From positions 12,661 through 76,660 of the forward strand of contig CAIJNK010000004.1 of NCBI GenBank assembly GCA_903822075.1: 64,000 nt of DNA, read 5' to 3'. Position numbers and translations under genes: made by a program. The stretch is from an uncultured bacterium. GTDB lineage: Bacteria; Patescibacteriota; Minisyncoccia; Phycocordibacterales; GWA1-40-21. Under the pieces are notes generated by a model. The model saw only the letters and a program-made list of their open reading frames with translations, searched no databases and was not told where the DNA came from. Shown piece by piece: positions 18,995 through 27,634 of this stretch (positions within the stretch are counted from its first letter, which is position 1; each line of letters starts with the position of its first letter).

Positions 18995-20377
18995 TCAAAC
19001 CAATCTGGCTCGAATGCTAGCAATTGCCTCCTCGATTGTCAAGGAAACCTGACTTTTGTCCGAAGTATCCTTGAGACTTACCACGTTCCTCGACACCTCA
19101 TCGGGACCAGCAATGATCACAAAGCGTATACCCCTTTTAACGGCGTATACAATCTGTGCCTTGAATGAAACCGGCTCCCCGACATAGACTTCTGTCTTTA
19201 TGCCTTGATCGCGCAATTTTTCTCCAAGTGCCATGGCAGACCCTGACAACCCTTCGTTGAAAACGGTCACGAGAACATCTGCCGTAGCGGTCGTCTTTGC
19301 AACCAGACCCTTGCTTTCAAGAGCGATAAGGATGCGATCCACACCAACTGAGGCGCCGACCCCAGCGATGTTTGAACCAGGAACAAATCTGTTGGTTAGA
19401 CCATCAAATCTGCCGCCAGAAAAAACACTGCCTAGGCCGTCGACATCAGTAATGTATGTCTCAAAAACCGGTCCCGTGTAGTAATCCAAACCCCTCGCCA
19501 CAGACAGATCAAACGACCAGAATTCCCGTGGCACGCCTAGAAAATCCAGATTACTGATCATACCCTTCATTGTGGTCAAGCCCTTATCTCCACTTTCGCT
19601 TTTCCCTCCAATGATTTCAGTGACATCACTAAGGACTAGCTCCGGATCATTTTCTCGAATCGAAAGAAATCTTCTCAGAAGATCGATCTCTGTTGCGCCC
19701 AAAGGCTTACCTACGCCTTGGAACTCATACGGAGATGCGAGCTCAGAGACGACCCCGTCCAATCCAAGACGATCGATTTTATCAATCGTCCGGAACAGAT
19801 TCTTGTCAGTGATGTTGTAACCCAGAAGCTCCGCAACAGTATTGAGAATCCTCCTGTCGTTGATCTTGATGTTGAAACGGTCAAAACCGAGAGCCTTGAG
19901 CGTCTTGTACATCACCAACACAATTTCGGTATCAGACCAGACTGATCGCGAACCGATAGTGTCAATATCGAATTGCAGAAATTCCCTGAAGCGGCCTTTC
20001 TGCGGTTTTTCACCGCGCCAGACCTTACCCACCTGATACCTCTTGAAAGGTTTCGGGATGTTTGGATATGCTGCAACGACTCGCGCTAAGGACACTGTGA
20101 GATCGAATCTTGAGGCAAAATCCTCCTCCATCAACGTTTCTCCAGCATCCTCAGCGCCAGTTTTGATGCGCGACGTAAAGATGCTCTTGGTGAATTGCTC
20201 GCCTCCAGTCAACACCTCCAACTTTTCCATTGCGGGGGTGTCCAATGGTAGGAAACCAAATGACTCGTAGATTGCCCGTATCTTATCAAGGGCAGCCTGG
20301 AGAATTATCATCCTTTCGGGAAGATAATCTTGGAATCCCGCCAACGTTACCGGTTTAATTGTCCTGTTTTCGTTCAT
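18995..20377 (-). CDS. hisS: Histidine-tRNA ligase
   Basis: RFDLT, WRGEKPQKGRFREF.Q.D, ARGLDYYTG and GGRFD motifs plus anticodon-binding domain. Confidence 0.95.
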   Translation of the reverse strand: MNENRTIKPVTLAGFQDYLPERMIILQAALDKIRAIYESFGFLPLDTPAMEKLEVLTGGEQFTKSIFTSRIKTGAEDAGETLMEEDFASRFDLTVSLARVVAAYPNIPKPFKRYQVGKVWRGEKPQKGRFREFLQFDIDTIGSRSVWSDTEIVLVMYKTLKALGFDRFNIKINDRRILNTVAELLGYNITDKNLFRTIDKIDRLGLDGVVSELASPYEFQGVGKPLGATEIDLLRRFLSIRENDPELVLSDVTEIIGGKSESGDKGLTTMKGMISNLDFLGVPREFWSFDLSVARGLDYYTGPVFETYITDVDGLGSVFSGGRFDGLTNRFVPGSNIAGVGASVGVDRILIALESKGLVAKTTATADVLVTVFNEGLSGSAMALGEKLRDQGIKTEVYVGEPVSFKAQIVYAVKRGIRFVIIAGPDEVSRNVVSLKDTSDKSQVSLTIEEAIASIRARLV

Positions 20378-20523
20378 TATTACCCTCTTCTGTTTAACGT
20401 ACTTTTACACTTCTAAAATAGACACTACTAAAATATAGTAATTTGTCAACATTGATTTTATATAATTTAATGTTTAATTAAACTCGCCCACCATTGTCAA
20501 AATAAACACATTTGTCTTATTTC

Positions 20524-21504
20524 TTAATGTTTTGTTATCACAATACTTTTCTTTTTAGTATCCATACTTACCTCCCCGCCTATCGGAAAGGTAATAATCG
20601 GGCTGGTGTGGCCAAAATCAACGTTGGCGATAACCGGCATATTTTTTAATTCCGCTTTTGTCTTTATTATCTGAATCAATTTATCATTGGTCATCTTACT
20701 GACGTTCTGAAACCGGCCAATCACGATTCCTTTTACTCCCTTAAAGGAAGGTTGATGGATTATAGATTGCAAATCGCGATCAAAAAGTACTGGATTTGAG
20801 GTCTCATCGTCTTCCAGGAATAAAATAGAATCTTTCAAGGACGGCACATACTCCGTTCCTTGGAGTAGGTTAAACGTGCAAAGATTAGCGCCGAGAAGAG
20901 TGCCAGAAGCGTTGCCTTTGTTAATCACCAGCCAACCATCATTTTTAATTAGGTTTCTTTTGTCCTGATCCATATACCAGGCGTCATCCGTCCAATCTTC
21001 CGAAGGCTTTATGTCAATCAAATCATTGGCCATTAGGCACTTCTTGAAATAATCCATGGTGTAATCAAAGTGCAGCTTTTGGCCAAAGGTAGACCAGACC
21101 GGACCGGAATAAGTTACCAAACCGGTTTTAGCAAAAATGGCATTCTGCAAAGCGGTAGTATCTGAATAACCGATAAATATCTTGGGGTTTTTCCTGATAA
21201 GATTCCAATCAAGATATCTCAGAAGTTGATTGCAGCTAAAACCACCGATGACGGCAAAAACCGCTTTTACCTTTGGATCTTTAAAAGCCTGGTGCAAATC
21301 CGCCACTCTGGACTTGATGGATGATGACCGAAAGTCGTCAATCTCTTCCACATGTTTGCCAAAAGTGACTTTGAAACCCAACCCGTACAAGCGACTGTTG
21401 GCAATCTCCCTGGTCTCCTTTGAAATTATGGCCATTGAACTGGATGGCGCCACCACTCTTATCTCATCCCCCGCCTCTAGCTTTTTTGGATATATTTTTT
21501 TCAT
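20524..21504 (-). CDS. LD-carboxypeptidase / peptidase S66 (MccF-like)
   Basis: VVAPS, IGYSDTT, LFLED and DFGH..P motifs. Confidence 0.9.
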   Translation of the reverse strand: MKKIYPKKLEAGDEIRVVAPSSSMAIISKETREIANSRLYGLGFKVTFGKHVEEIDDFRSSSIKSRVADLHQAFKDPKVKAVFAVIGGFSCNQLLRYLDWNLIRKNPKIFIGYSDTTALQNAIFAKTGLVTYSGPVWSTFGQKLHFDYTMDYFKKCLMANDLIDIKPSEDWTDDAWYMDQDKRNLIKNDGWLVINKGNASGTLLGANLCTFNLLQGTEYVPSLKDSILFLEDDETSNPVLFDRDLQSIIHQPSFKGVKGIVIGRFQNVSKMTNDKLIQIIKTKAELKNMPVIANVDFGHTSPIITFPIGGEVSMDTKKKSIVITKH

Positions 21505-21525
21505 ACGCAAATAGTAACATATTTC

Positions 21526-23553
21526 TCATTTAGAATCCTCTAAACCTAATTCCTGAGCAAAAAAAGATAATATCAACGCTTGATTTTCGACAATTTTTAC
21601 CACCGGCTTTCCCGATCCATGTCCAGCATCCATTTCAGTAAAAAGATGGACCTCATTTTCTTTATTCACTCCTTGAAGCATAGCCGTCATTTTACGAGCA
21701 TGAAGCGGATCAACTCTGGTATCCTTGTCGGCTGTAGTGAATAAAAAGTCCGGATATTTTATCCCTTCCTTCACATTATGATAAGGGCTCCAAGTTAAAA
21801 TTCTCTCCAAATCTTCTTTGAGATTCGAATTACCGTATTCGTGAACCCAGCGGATAGCCATACCGAATTTAGGGAAACGGACCATATCAGTAAGTGGTAC
21901 GCGCGAACAAATAGCTTTAAATAAGTCTGGCCTTTGCACTCCCACGACTGAAACCAGAAGTCCACCATTACTGCCCCCGATAATTCCCAGTTTTTCCCGG
22001 CTGGTATATTTTCTGGAAATCAAATACCCACCGGCAGAAATAAAATCGTCAAAAGAATTCTGTTTGTTTTTATAGATTCCGGCCTTATGCCACTTATCGC
22101 CAAACTCTCCCCCGCCGCGAATATTTGCAATAGCAAAGATACCGCCTCTTTCAATCCAAGGAACCCAATTTCTCATAAAGGACGGCGTCTCACAATGGTT
22201 AAAACCACCATAACCATAAAGGAGAGTTGGGTTTGAAGAATCAAGATTAAGGCCTTTCTTATGAAAAATAAACATCGGAACTTTTGTGCCGTCTTTTGAC
22301 AAATACCATTCCTGCTTTACTTCATAATCTTCAGGCTTTATCGGGTTAGCAATTTTCCGATATTCGGAATATTGTTTTGTCTCCGGATCATAACGATAAA
22401 TAATCTTCGGGAAGACAAAAGATTCAACACCGTAAAAGAACTCTTCTTCCTCCCTCTGTGATGAGGCTCCAGCCAGGCTTGAATACTTCGGCAAGGGCAC
22501 CTTTTCAATTTCCTTGCCCTCATAATCAAAGATAATTGCTTCGGAACAGACATCTACCAAGTATTCAACTAGGATTCGGCTTTTAGTGAACCTGATTGCT
22601 TCAAGAAGATATTCTCTCTCCGGTATAAGGACGTTCCATTGATCAAGAGTATTGTATAAACAGTCATAAGTGGTCCAGAGCACCTTAAAATTATTTGCCT
22701 GATAATTCGTATCCATTACCACCTTGTCTTTTAAAAAGGATAAAGAAAAATGAGCCGGAATTCCCACAACAAGTGGTTTTGTTTTCTTGGTAAGACTCTC
22801 GTAGATGTAAATATCATTTTTTGTCCACTCTTGTGACACCTGAATGCCGAGATATTTATCGTCAAGAGAGAGCGTCAGACTAATCATATCATCCTTGGGA
22901 CGATCTGCTCCAAAAATAAGTTCATCGTTATCGGGGTTACTCCCTAATTTATGAAAAAAAACTTTCGTATGCAGAGATTCCTCACCTTTCGTTACAGTTC
23001 CCGGACGAGGGTTTCTGGTGTAGTAAAAGCCTGAATCGTCCGCCAACCACTGAATTGAAGCGTAACGGCAATTCACAATATTTTCTGTGAGCTCTTTGTT
23101 TGTTTCCACGTCTTTGATGTAAATCACTGACATCTCATCACCGCCCATTGAAATACCATAGGCTATGTATTTACCTGTTCTGGATGGCGTCCAATAATCA
23201 ATAGTGACCGTATTGCCGGCTCTTTTACCATTAGGATTAAATAGCACAACAGAATCACCGTCCAAGCCCTTTTTAACATACAAAACAGCCTGGTCATCAT
23301 CCGGCTGACGTTCAGTGTAGAAATATCTGCCTCTCACTGGCACGGGGTTCGAAAAAGTAGTCACCTTGAAGTTCTTGACTAATTCAGCAGAGAAAATCTT
23401 AAAATGACCCTGCCTTAAATCGGCATCTGTCCGTTTATTTTGATTTTTTATCCAATCCTTAACTTCCACACTTTCGGAATCCTCAAGCCAGCGAAATGGA
23501 TCAGGTACTTTAATACCGCATATTTCGTCAACGATATTTTCTTTTTTGGTCAT
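21526..23553 (-). CDS. Prolyl oligopeptidase (S9A)
   Basis: DPFRWLED, YGYGGF, GGSNGG, D.RV.P.H and AGH motifs. Confidence 0.93.
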   Translation of the reverse strand: MTKKENIVDEICGIKVPDPFRWLEDSESVEVKDWIKNQNKRTDADLRQGHFKIFSAELVKNFKVTTFSNPVPVRGRYFYTERQPDDDQAVLYVKKGLDGDSVVLFNPNGKRAGNTVTIDYWTPSRTGKYIAYGISMGGDEMSVIYIKDVETNKELTENIVNCRYASIQWLADDSGFYYTRNPRPGTVTKGEESLHTKVFFHKLGSNPDNDELIFGADRPKDDMISLTLSLDDKYLGIQVSQEWTKNDIYIYESLTKKTKPLVVGIPAHFSLSFLKDKVVMDTNYQANNFKVLWTTYDCLYNTLDQWNVLIPEREYLLEAIRFTKSRILVEYLVDVCSEAIIFDYEGKEIEKVPLPKYSSLAGASSQREEEEFFYGVESFVFPKIIYRYDPETKQYSEYRKIANPIKPEDYEVKQEWYLSKDGTKVPMFIFHKKGLNLDSSNPTLLYGYGGFNHCETPSFMRNWVPWIERGGIFAIANIRGGGEFGDKWHKAGIYKNKQNSFDDFISAGGYLISRKYTSREKLGIIGGSNGGLLVSVVGVQRPDLFKAICSRVPLTDMVRFPKFGMAIRWVHEYGNSNLKEDLERILTWSPYHNVKEGIKYPDFLFTTADKDTRVDPLHARKMTAMLQGVNKENEVHLFTEMDAGHGSGKPVVKIVENQALILSFFAQELGLEDSK

Positions 23554-24323
23554 ATGTTTAATATTGTCCTAACGGCTACTCTGTATACTTCAGCCTTTAC
23601 TGCTTCACGCTTTGTTTTCTCATTCTTATGACTTTCATCATGACAGGTCTGCCCTTTTATCAAATTATCTGAAATATAGACCAATGCTCCACAAGGAACT
23701 TTGAAATGATTTGATACAGCAAAAACCACTGCAGTCTCCATTTCCACACCAGAATAACCTGCCTCGGACCAGGACCTCACATCCTCCCAAGTTTCGCCCA
23801 TCATCGCCTGACAGCCCATAATAGCCCCGGTATCAATCTTAAGATCTTTAGGCGTATTCTTAATCAGCTCCTGTGATATAGCCTCGGTTGAATAATGTTT
23901 ATTATCTTTCACCTCGCGAGCGTAGATTCTGGTAGTGCTTTCGTCACCATAGGTATATTTTGGAACTATTAGATCCAAAGAATTTAGATTAGGATTTAAA
24001 CCGCCGCAACTGCCAATGTGAATATTCTTCTTGGAACCAAACAAACAGGCCAGGTGTAAATATTCCGAGAGTGTTGCTCCCCCATATTCTATAGTAAACC
24101 AGTATTTCTTGCCGTTAATCTCTAATTCCCTGATATGCTGAAGAAACTTATACTCAAGCTTTTTAATTCTATACTTTATTCCCAAATCTTTTAAGGTATC
24201 CTCCAGATTTTTTATATGTTTTTCATCATCCCAACCACCATAAGACAAGAAACCAGATATTTTGTAATCAGGCGGAAGAGCACAGTGTTTTCTAAACTCA
24301 TCGGCGGTAAATGATTTGTACAT
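23550..24323 (-). CDS. Nucleoside phosphorylase-like protein
   Basis: IGSCGG, GVEMETA and ISD motifs. Confidence 0.75.
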   Translation of the reverse strand: MYKSFTADEFRKHCALPPDYKISGFLSYGGWDDEKHIKNLEDTLKDLGIKYRIKKLEYKFLQHIRELEINGKKYWFTIEYGGATLSEYLHLACLFGSKKNIHIGSCGGLNPNLNSLDLIVPKYTYGDESTTRIYAREVKDNKHYSTEAISQELIKNTPKDLKIDTGAIMGCQAMMGETWEDVRSWSEAGYSGVEMETAVVFAVSNHFKVPCGALVYISDNLIKGQTCHDESHKNEKTKREAVKAEVYRVAVRTILNI

Positions 24324-24335
24324 TGTTATACATTA

Positions 24336-25079
24336 CTATACTTTTTCAATTACTTCCATACTTTTTTTAATGAACTCTGAAAAGTTTTTCTCTTTTATAG
24401 CGAAATCATCATATAGTTCTTGGATTAACTCTGTCAACAGTTGGCCGTCAATCTTAAGTTCTCTATGTTCTTTGTAAAAACCCTCAGGAGAACCTATGAT
24501 TTTGATCATGCGCGGATCGTTCAGGATGATTGGTGTGACAATCTCGCTTAAAATCCATTCCTTGTGTGGAGATTCATAATTACCCTTTTTAATATTTGGC
24601 GAAACGTCCTTAAATTTCTTGAAATATAAAAAATGAGAAATTTCATGAGCAATGGTACGGCTAGAATCCTTCCGGTCATATGTCACAGAAAAACTTCACC
24701 GATTCAGGAAACGCGGGCAGATAGGGTTAATTGACACATATCCGACAATCTCCCTCTCTGGCTAATCTTCCTGGATTATCTCTGCTAGCGTCTCAAATAC
24801 TTCTTTTTGTACTTTGTTCCATTCATCCTCCACAAACCTTAAACCGCTAGCCATTATATCTCCTAGCTCTTTTCTTATCTTGGCAATCTCCATCCTTATT
24901 GCCTTTTCTCTTTCGACCCGTGATTTAATGTCTTTAATTTTGATAAATTGAGGATACTTACTGGTTATTTTATCACTCCAGTTTCTGTCTAAAAAGTCAA
25001 AAAACATCTCTGTTTCCAGTTCTAGCGGCATTTGCTTAAAAGTAACTTTTGGTATTTTGCTCTTGTCTATTTTTTCCAT
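24336..25079 (-). pseudogene. HExxH metalloprotease-like gene broken by two in-frame stops
   Basis: One frame throughout; TAG at 24764-24762 and TGA at 24698-24696; reads ...ED*PEREIVGYVSINPICPRFLNR*SFSVTYD...AHEISHF. Confidence 0.75.
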
Positions 25080-25126
25080 TCTTTATCTTGTTTTGATAAT
25101 ACCACAAAATATAGTAGACTAGAACC

Positions 25127-25648
25127 ATGACTGAAATAGAATTAGAGAAGACGTATTTAGCCAAGTATCTACCAGAGGGATTAAAAGACTGCCCTTCAAA
25201 AGAAATTAAGGATATTTATGTCCCAGAAACTGAAGCACATCCATCTCTACGTATCAGAAAACGTGGTGATAAATATGAAATAACAAAAAAAGTCCCCGTC
25301 CTCGGAAATGATTCTTCGGAACAGTATGAACACACTATAATTCTTACAAATGAGGAGTTTTCCGCTTTGGAGCAGGTAAAGGGTAAGGTAGTTCGGAAAA
25401 TTAGACATTATTACAATTATAATGGGGCGCAGGCAGAAGTGGATATTTTTCAAGATGATTTAGCGGGCTTAGTTTTGGTAGACTTTGAATTTAAAAAAGC
25501 TGAAGATAAAAATAATTTTGAAATGCCAGATTTTTGCTTAGTCGATGTCACCCAAGATAAACATTTTGCCGGCGGTATGATTTGCGGCAAGGAATATACT
25601 GATCTGGTGCCGCATCTAGACGAATTAGGCTACAGAAAGATAGGCTAA
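25127..25648 (+). CDS. CYTH-domain (triphosphate tunnel) protein
   Basis: EIELEKTYL, LRIRK, K.R and EVDIF motifs. Confidence 0.85.
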   Translation: MTEIELEKTYLAKYLPEGLKDCPSKEIKDIYVPETEAHPSLRIRKRGDKYEITKKVPVLGNDSSEQYEHTIILTNEEFSALEQVKGKVVRKIRHYYNYNGAQAEVDIFQDDLAGLVLVDFEFKKAEDKNNFEMPDFCLVDVTQDKHFAGGMICGKEYTDLVPHLDELGYRKIG

Positions 25649-25664
25649 ATTTACAATTAAACAC

Positions 25665-26291
25665 ATGGAGAAAATACAAGTATTGATGATTCACGGTGGT
25701 ATGACTTTCAAAAACAAAAAGGACTATTGGAAGTATTTGGGTGTCAAAAGACTTGGTTTTGAAAAGAAAATCAGCTGGACAGGGGACTATATTGATAAGG
25801 CTTTGGGTAATAGATTTGAAATGATCAAACCGCGCATGCCTCAACAAGATGATGCTAAGTATACTGAATGGAGGATCTATTTTGAACGACACCTTCCATA
25901 TTTAAGAAATAACTATATTCTCATTGGTACCTCACTTGGCGGTATTTTCTTGGCCAAGTATCTGTCCGAACATAAACTACCTGAAAAGGCATTGGCGACA
26001 TATTTAGTCTGTCCACCTTTTGACGACAGTCATTCGAATGAAGATTTAGCTGGCGGGTTCAAACTTAAGTCGGATATTTCAGCCCTTGAAAATAACTCAA
26101 AAAAACTTTGTCTGATGTTTTCTGCGGATGATGAATGTGTTCCGATTTACCATGCCGAAAAATATCGGGGGAAATTACCAAATGCCAAAATTATGATTTA
26201 TAAAAACAAGAAAGGACACTTCAGGGTATCAAGGTTCCCTGAAATCGTACAACTGATCAAAGAAGACGCCAGGAAAGCCTTAAAAGCTTAG
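25665..26291 (+). CDS. Alpha/beta hydrolase (RBBP9/YdeN-like)
   Basis: IHGG, GTSLGG, DD..VP and GHF motifs. Confidence 0.85.
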   Translation: MEKIQVLMIHGGMTFKNKKDYWKYLGVKRLGFEKKISWTGDYIDKALGNRFEMIKPRMPQQDDAKYTEWRIYFERHLPYLRNNYILIGTSLGGIFLAKYLSEHKLPEKALATYLVCPPFDDSHSNEDLAGGFKLKSDISALENNSKKLCLMFSADDECVPIYHAEKYRGKLPNAKIMIYKNKKGHFRVSRFPEIVQLIKEDARKALKA

Positions 26292-26300
26292 AAAGTAGAC

Positions 26301-26744
26301 TTACAGAAACCTCACTGTATCCGAGAGCAACGCGCCATGATTCAAATCAATCTGCACTTGCTTTGGCAATATTATTCGCGAATCATTCGTTCCAATCCAA
26401 CAAATCTCCACCAGTTCATCCCTATGTGTACCGCCAAGTTTGCTTATATCCAGAAAATCAGCCGAATTCAGGACTTCAAAGAAGAACTCGATAGATTGTT
26501 TTCCTTCCCCGTTTTCAATCGTAAGGTTGTTAACATATAAAAGTCTTCCAACTCTTGGTTCAATGCCCAATTCCTCAATAATCTCCCTCTTAAAACAGTC
26601 CATGACCCTTTCACCCCATTCTAGGTGTCCACCCGGTAAGGCATAAAAGTTCGCACCGACATAATGCTTTACGGCCAAAAGCTTGTTATCGTAAAGAATT
26701 ATTCCCCGACAGCGGACAATTATTTCTTTATTTAATTTAATCAT
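26301..26744 (-). CDS. Nudix hydrolase
   Basis: Nudix box GGHLEWGERVMDCFKREIIEELG. Confidence 0.9.
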   Translation of the reverse strand: MIKLNKEIIVRCRGIILYDNKLLAVKHYVGANFYALPGGHLEWGERVMDCFKREIIEELGIEPRVGRLLYVNNLTIENGEGKQSIEFFFEVLNSADFLDISKLGGTHRDELVEICWIGTNDSRIILPKQVQIDLNHGALLSDTVRFL

Positions 26745-27631
26745 TATAATATTTTAATTGGTTTCGTGAATTCAGTTTTCAAAGCTTCGTCCGAAAATAC
26801 TGCGCGGCCATTTTTTGCATGAAGCAGATCCCGTCTTAAAACTTCTGGTTCTATCCGTTCAAATATACTAACTAACCAGCGCAAAAATGCGGGGTAACCT
26901 TCTCTAGTGGGATTTTTTGCGAATTCTCTGCTGACATAATCAAAAATACTCATTACTTCCCCACTCACCTCAACCAGATACTTGATAGATTCGTCATTCC
27001 CACAGACATAATCCTTTTTTCGGTGTTTAATGATATCCGGGTGTTGCAAAAGCACGGGGGTTAGGACTTCTTTCAGGTGATGTATGCCTCTATCGGATAA
27101 TACATTTGGAATATTGGCAATTTGCCTAAAAAATATGAAGTGCGATATCTCATGCAGGGCAATAGATACAAGTCTGTCAAATTCTGTTATACCGTCTTTA
27201 ACCCCCGTAATGGTAAAATAAAAAAGATTCCTTTTTACATCAAACGGACAAATAGGATATACCGATGGCATAATTAAATATTTATAGTGTTCAGTTTCCC
27301 CCATTAAAATCTCAAGTGATTTAATTCCTTCTTCTATTTCTGGTAATTCAGCCGTAATGTTAGTTTCGGCAATTTTTATGCTATCGGTGTATCTTTCTCT
27401 AAAATTCAAAATTACACCCTTAATTTTAGCACGTAGTTCATCGTCAGATTGATTATCGGGATTAGTATGAATATTTGTTAGCTCCGGAAAATTCTTGTAT
27501 ATCATGTCCCTGAAAGCTTTAAAATCACGTTTAAATAGATTACTAAAAAAAAGATTGATCTCTGTATCCTGTTCAAAAATACAGGTCAATGATGATTCTT
27601 TTAGTATTTCTGTCGGTAGTTCTTCTCCCAT
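26744..27631 (-). CDS. HExxH zincin-like hypothetical protein
   Basis: PICP, HEISHF and downstream E..TP, all shared with the pseudogene at 24336-25079. Confidence 0.7.
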   Translation of the reverse strand: MGEELPTEILKESSLTCIFEQDTEINLFFSNLFKRDFKAFRDMIYKNFPELTNIHTNPDNQSDDELRAKIKGVILNFRERYTDSIKIAETNITAELPEIEEGIKSLEILMGETEHYKYLIMPSVYPICPFDVKRNLFYFTITGVKDGITEFDRLVSIALHEISHFIFFRQIANIPNVLSDRGIHHLKEVLTPVLLQHPDIIKHRKKDYVCGNDESIKYLVEVSGEVMSIFDYVSREFAKNPTREGYPAFLRWLVSIFERIEPEVLRRDLLHAKNGRAVFSDEALKTEFTKPIKIL

Positions 27632-27634
27632 TTA

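Noticed and set aside
24696-24764. Alternative genetic code (UGA=Gly/Trp or UAG recoding)
   Set aside because: TGA ends trpS, hisS and ychF, and TAG ends rpmJ, at the expected positions; two different stops in one gene fit a pseudogene better.
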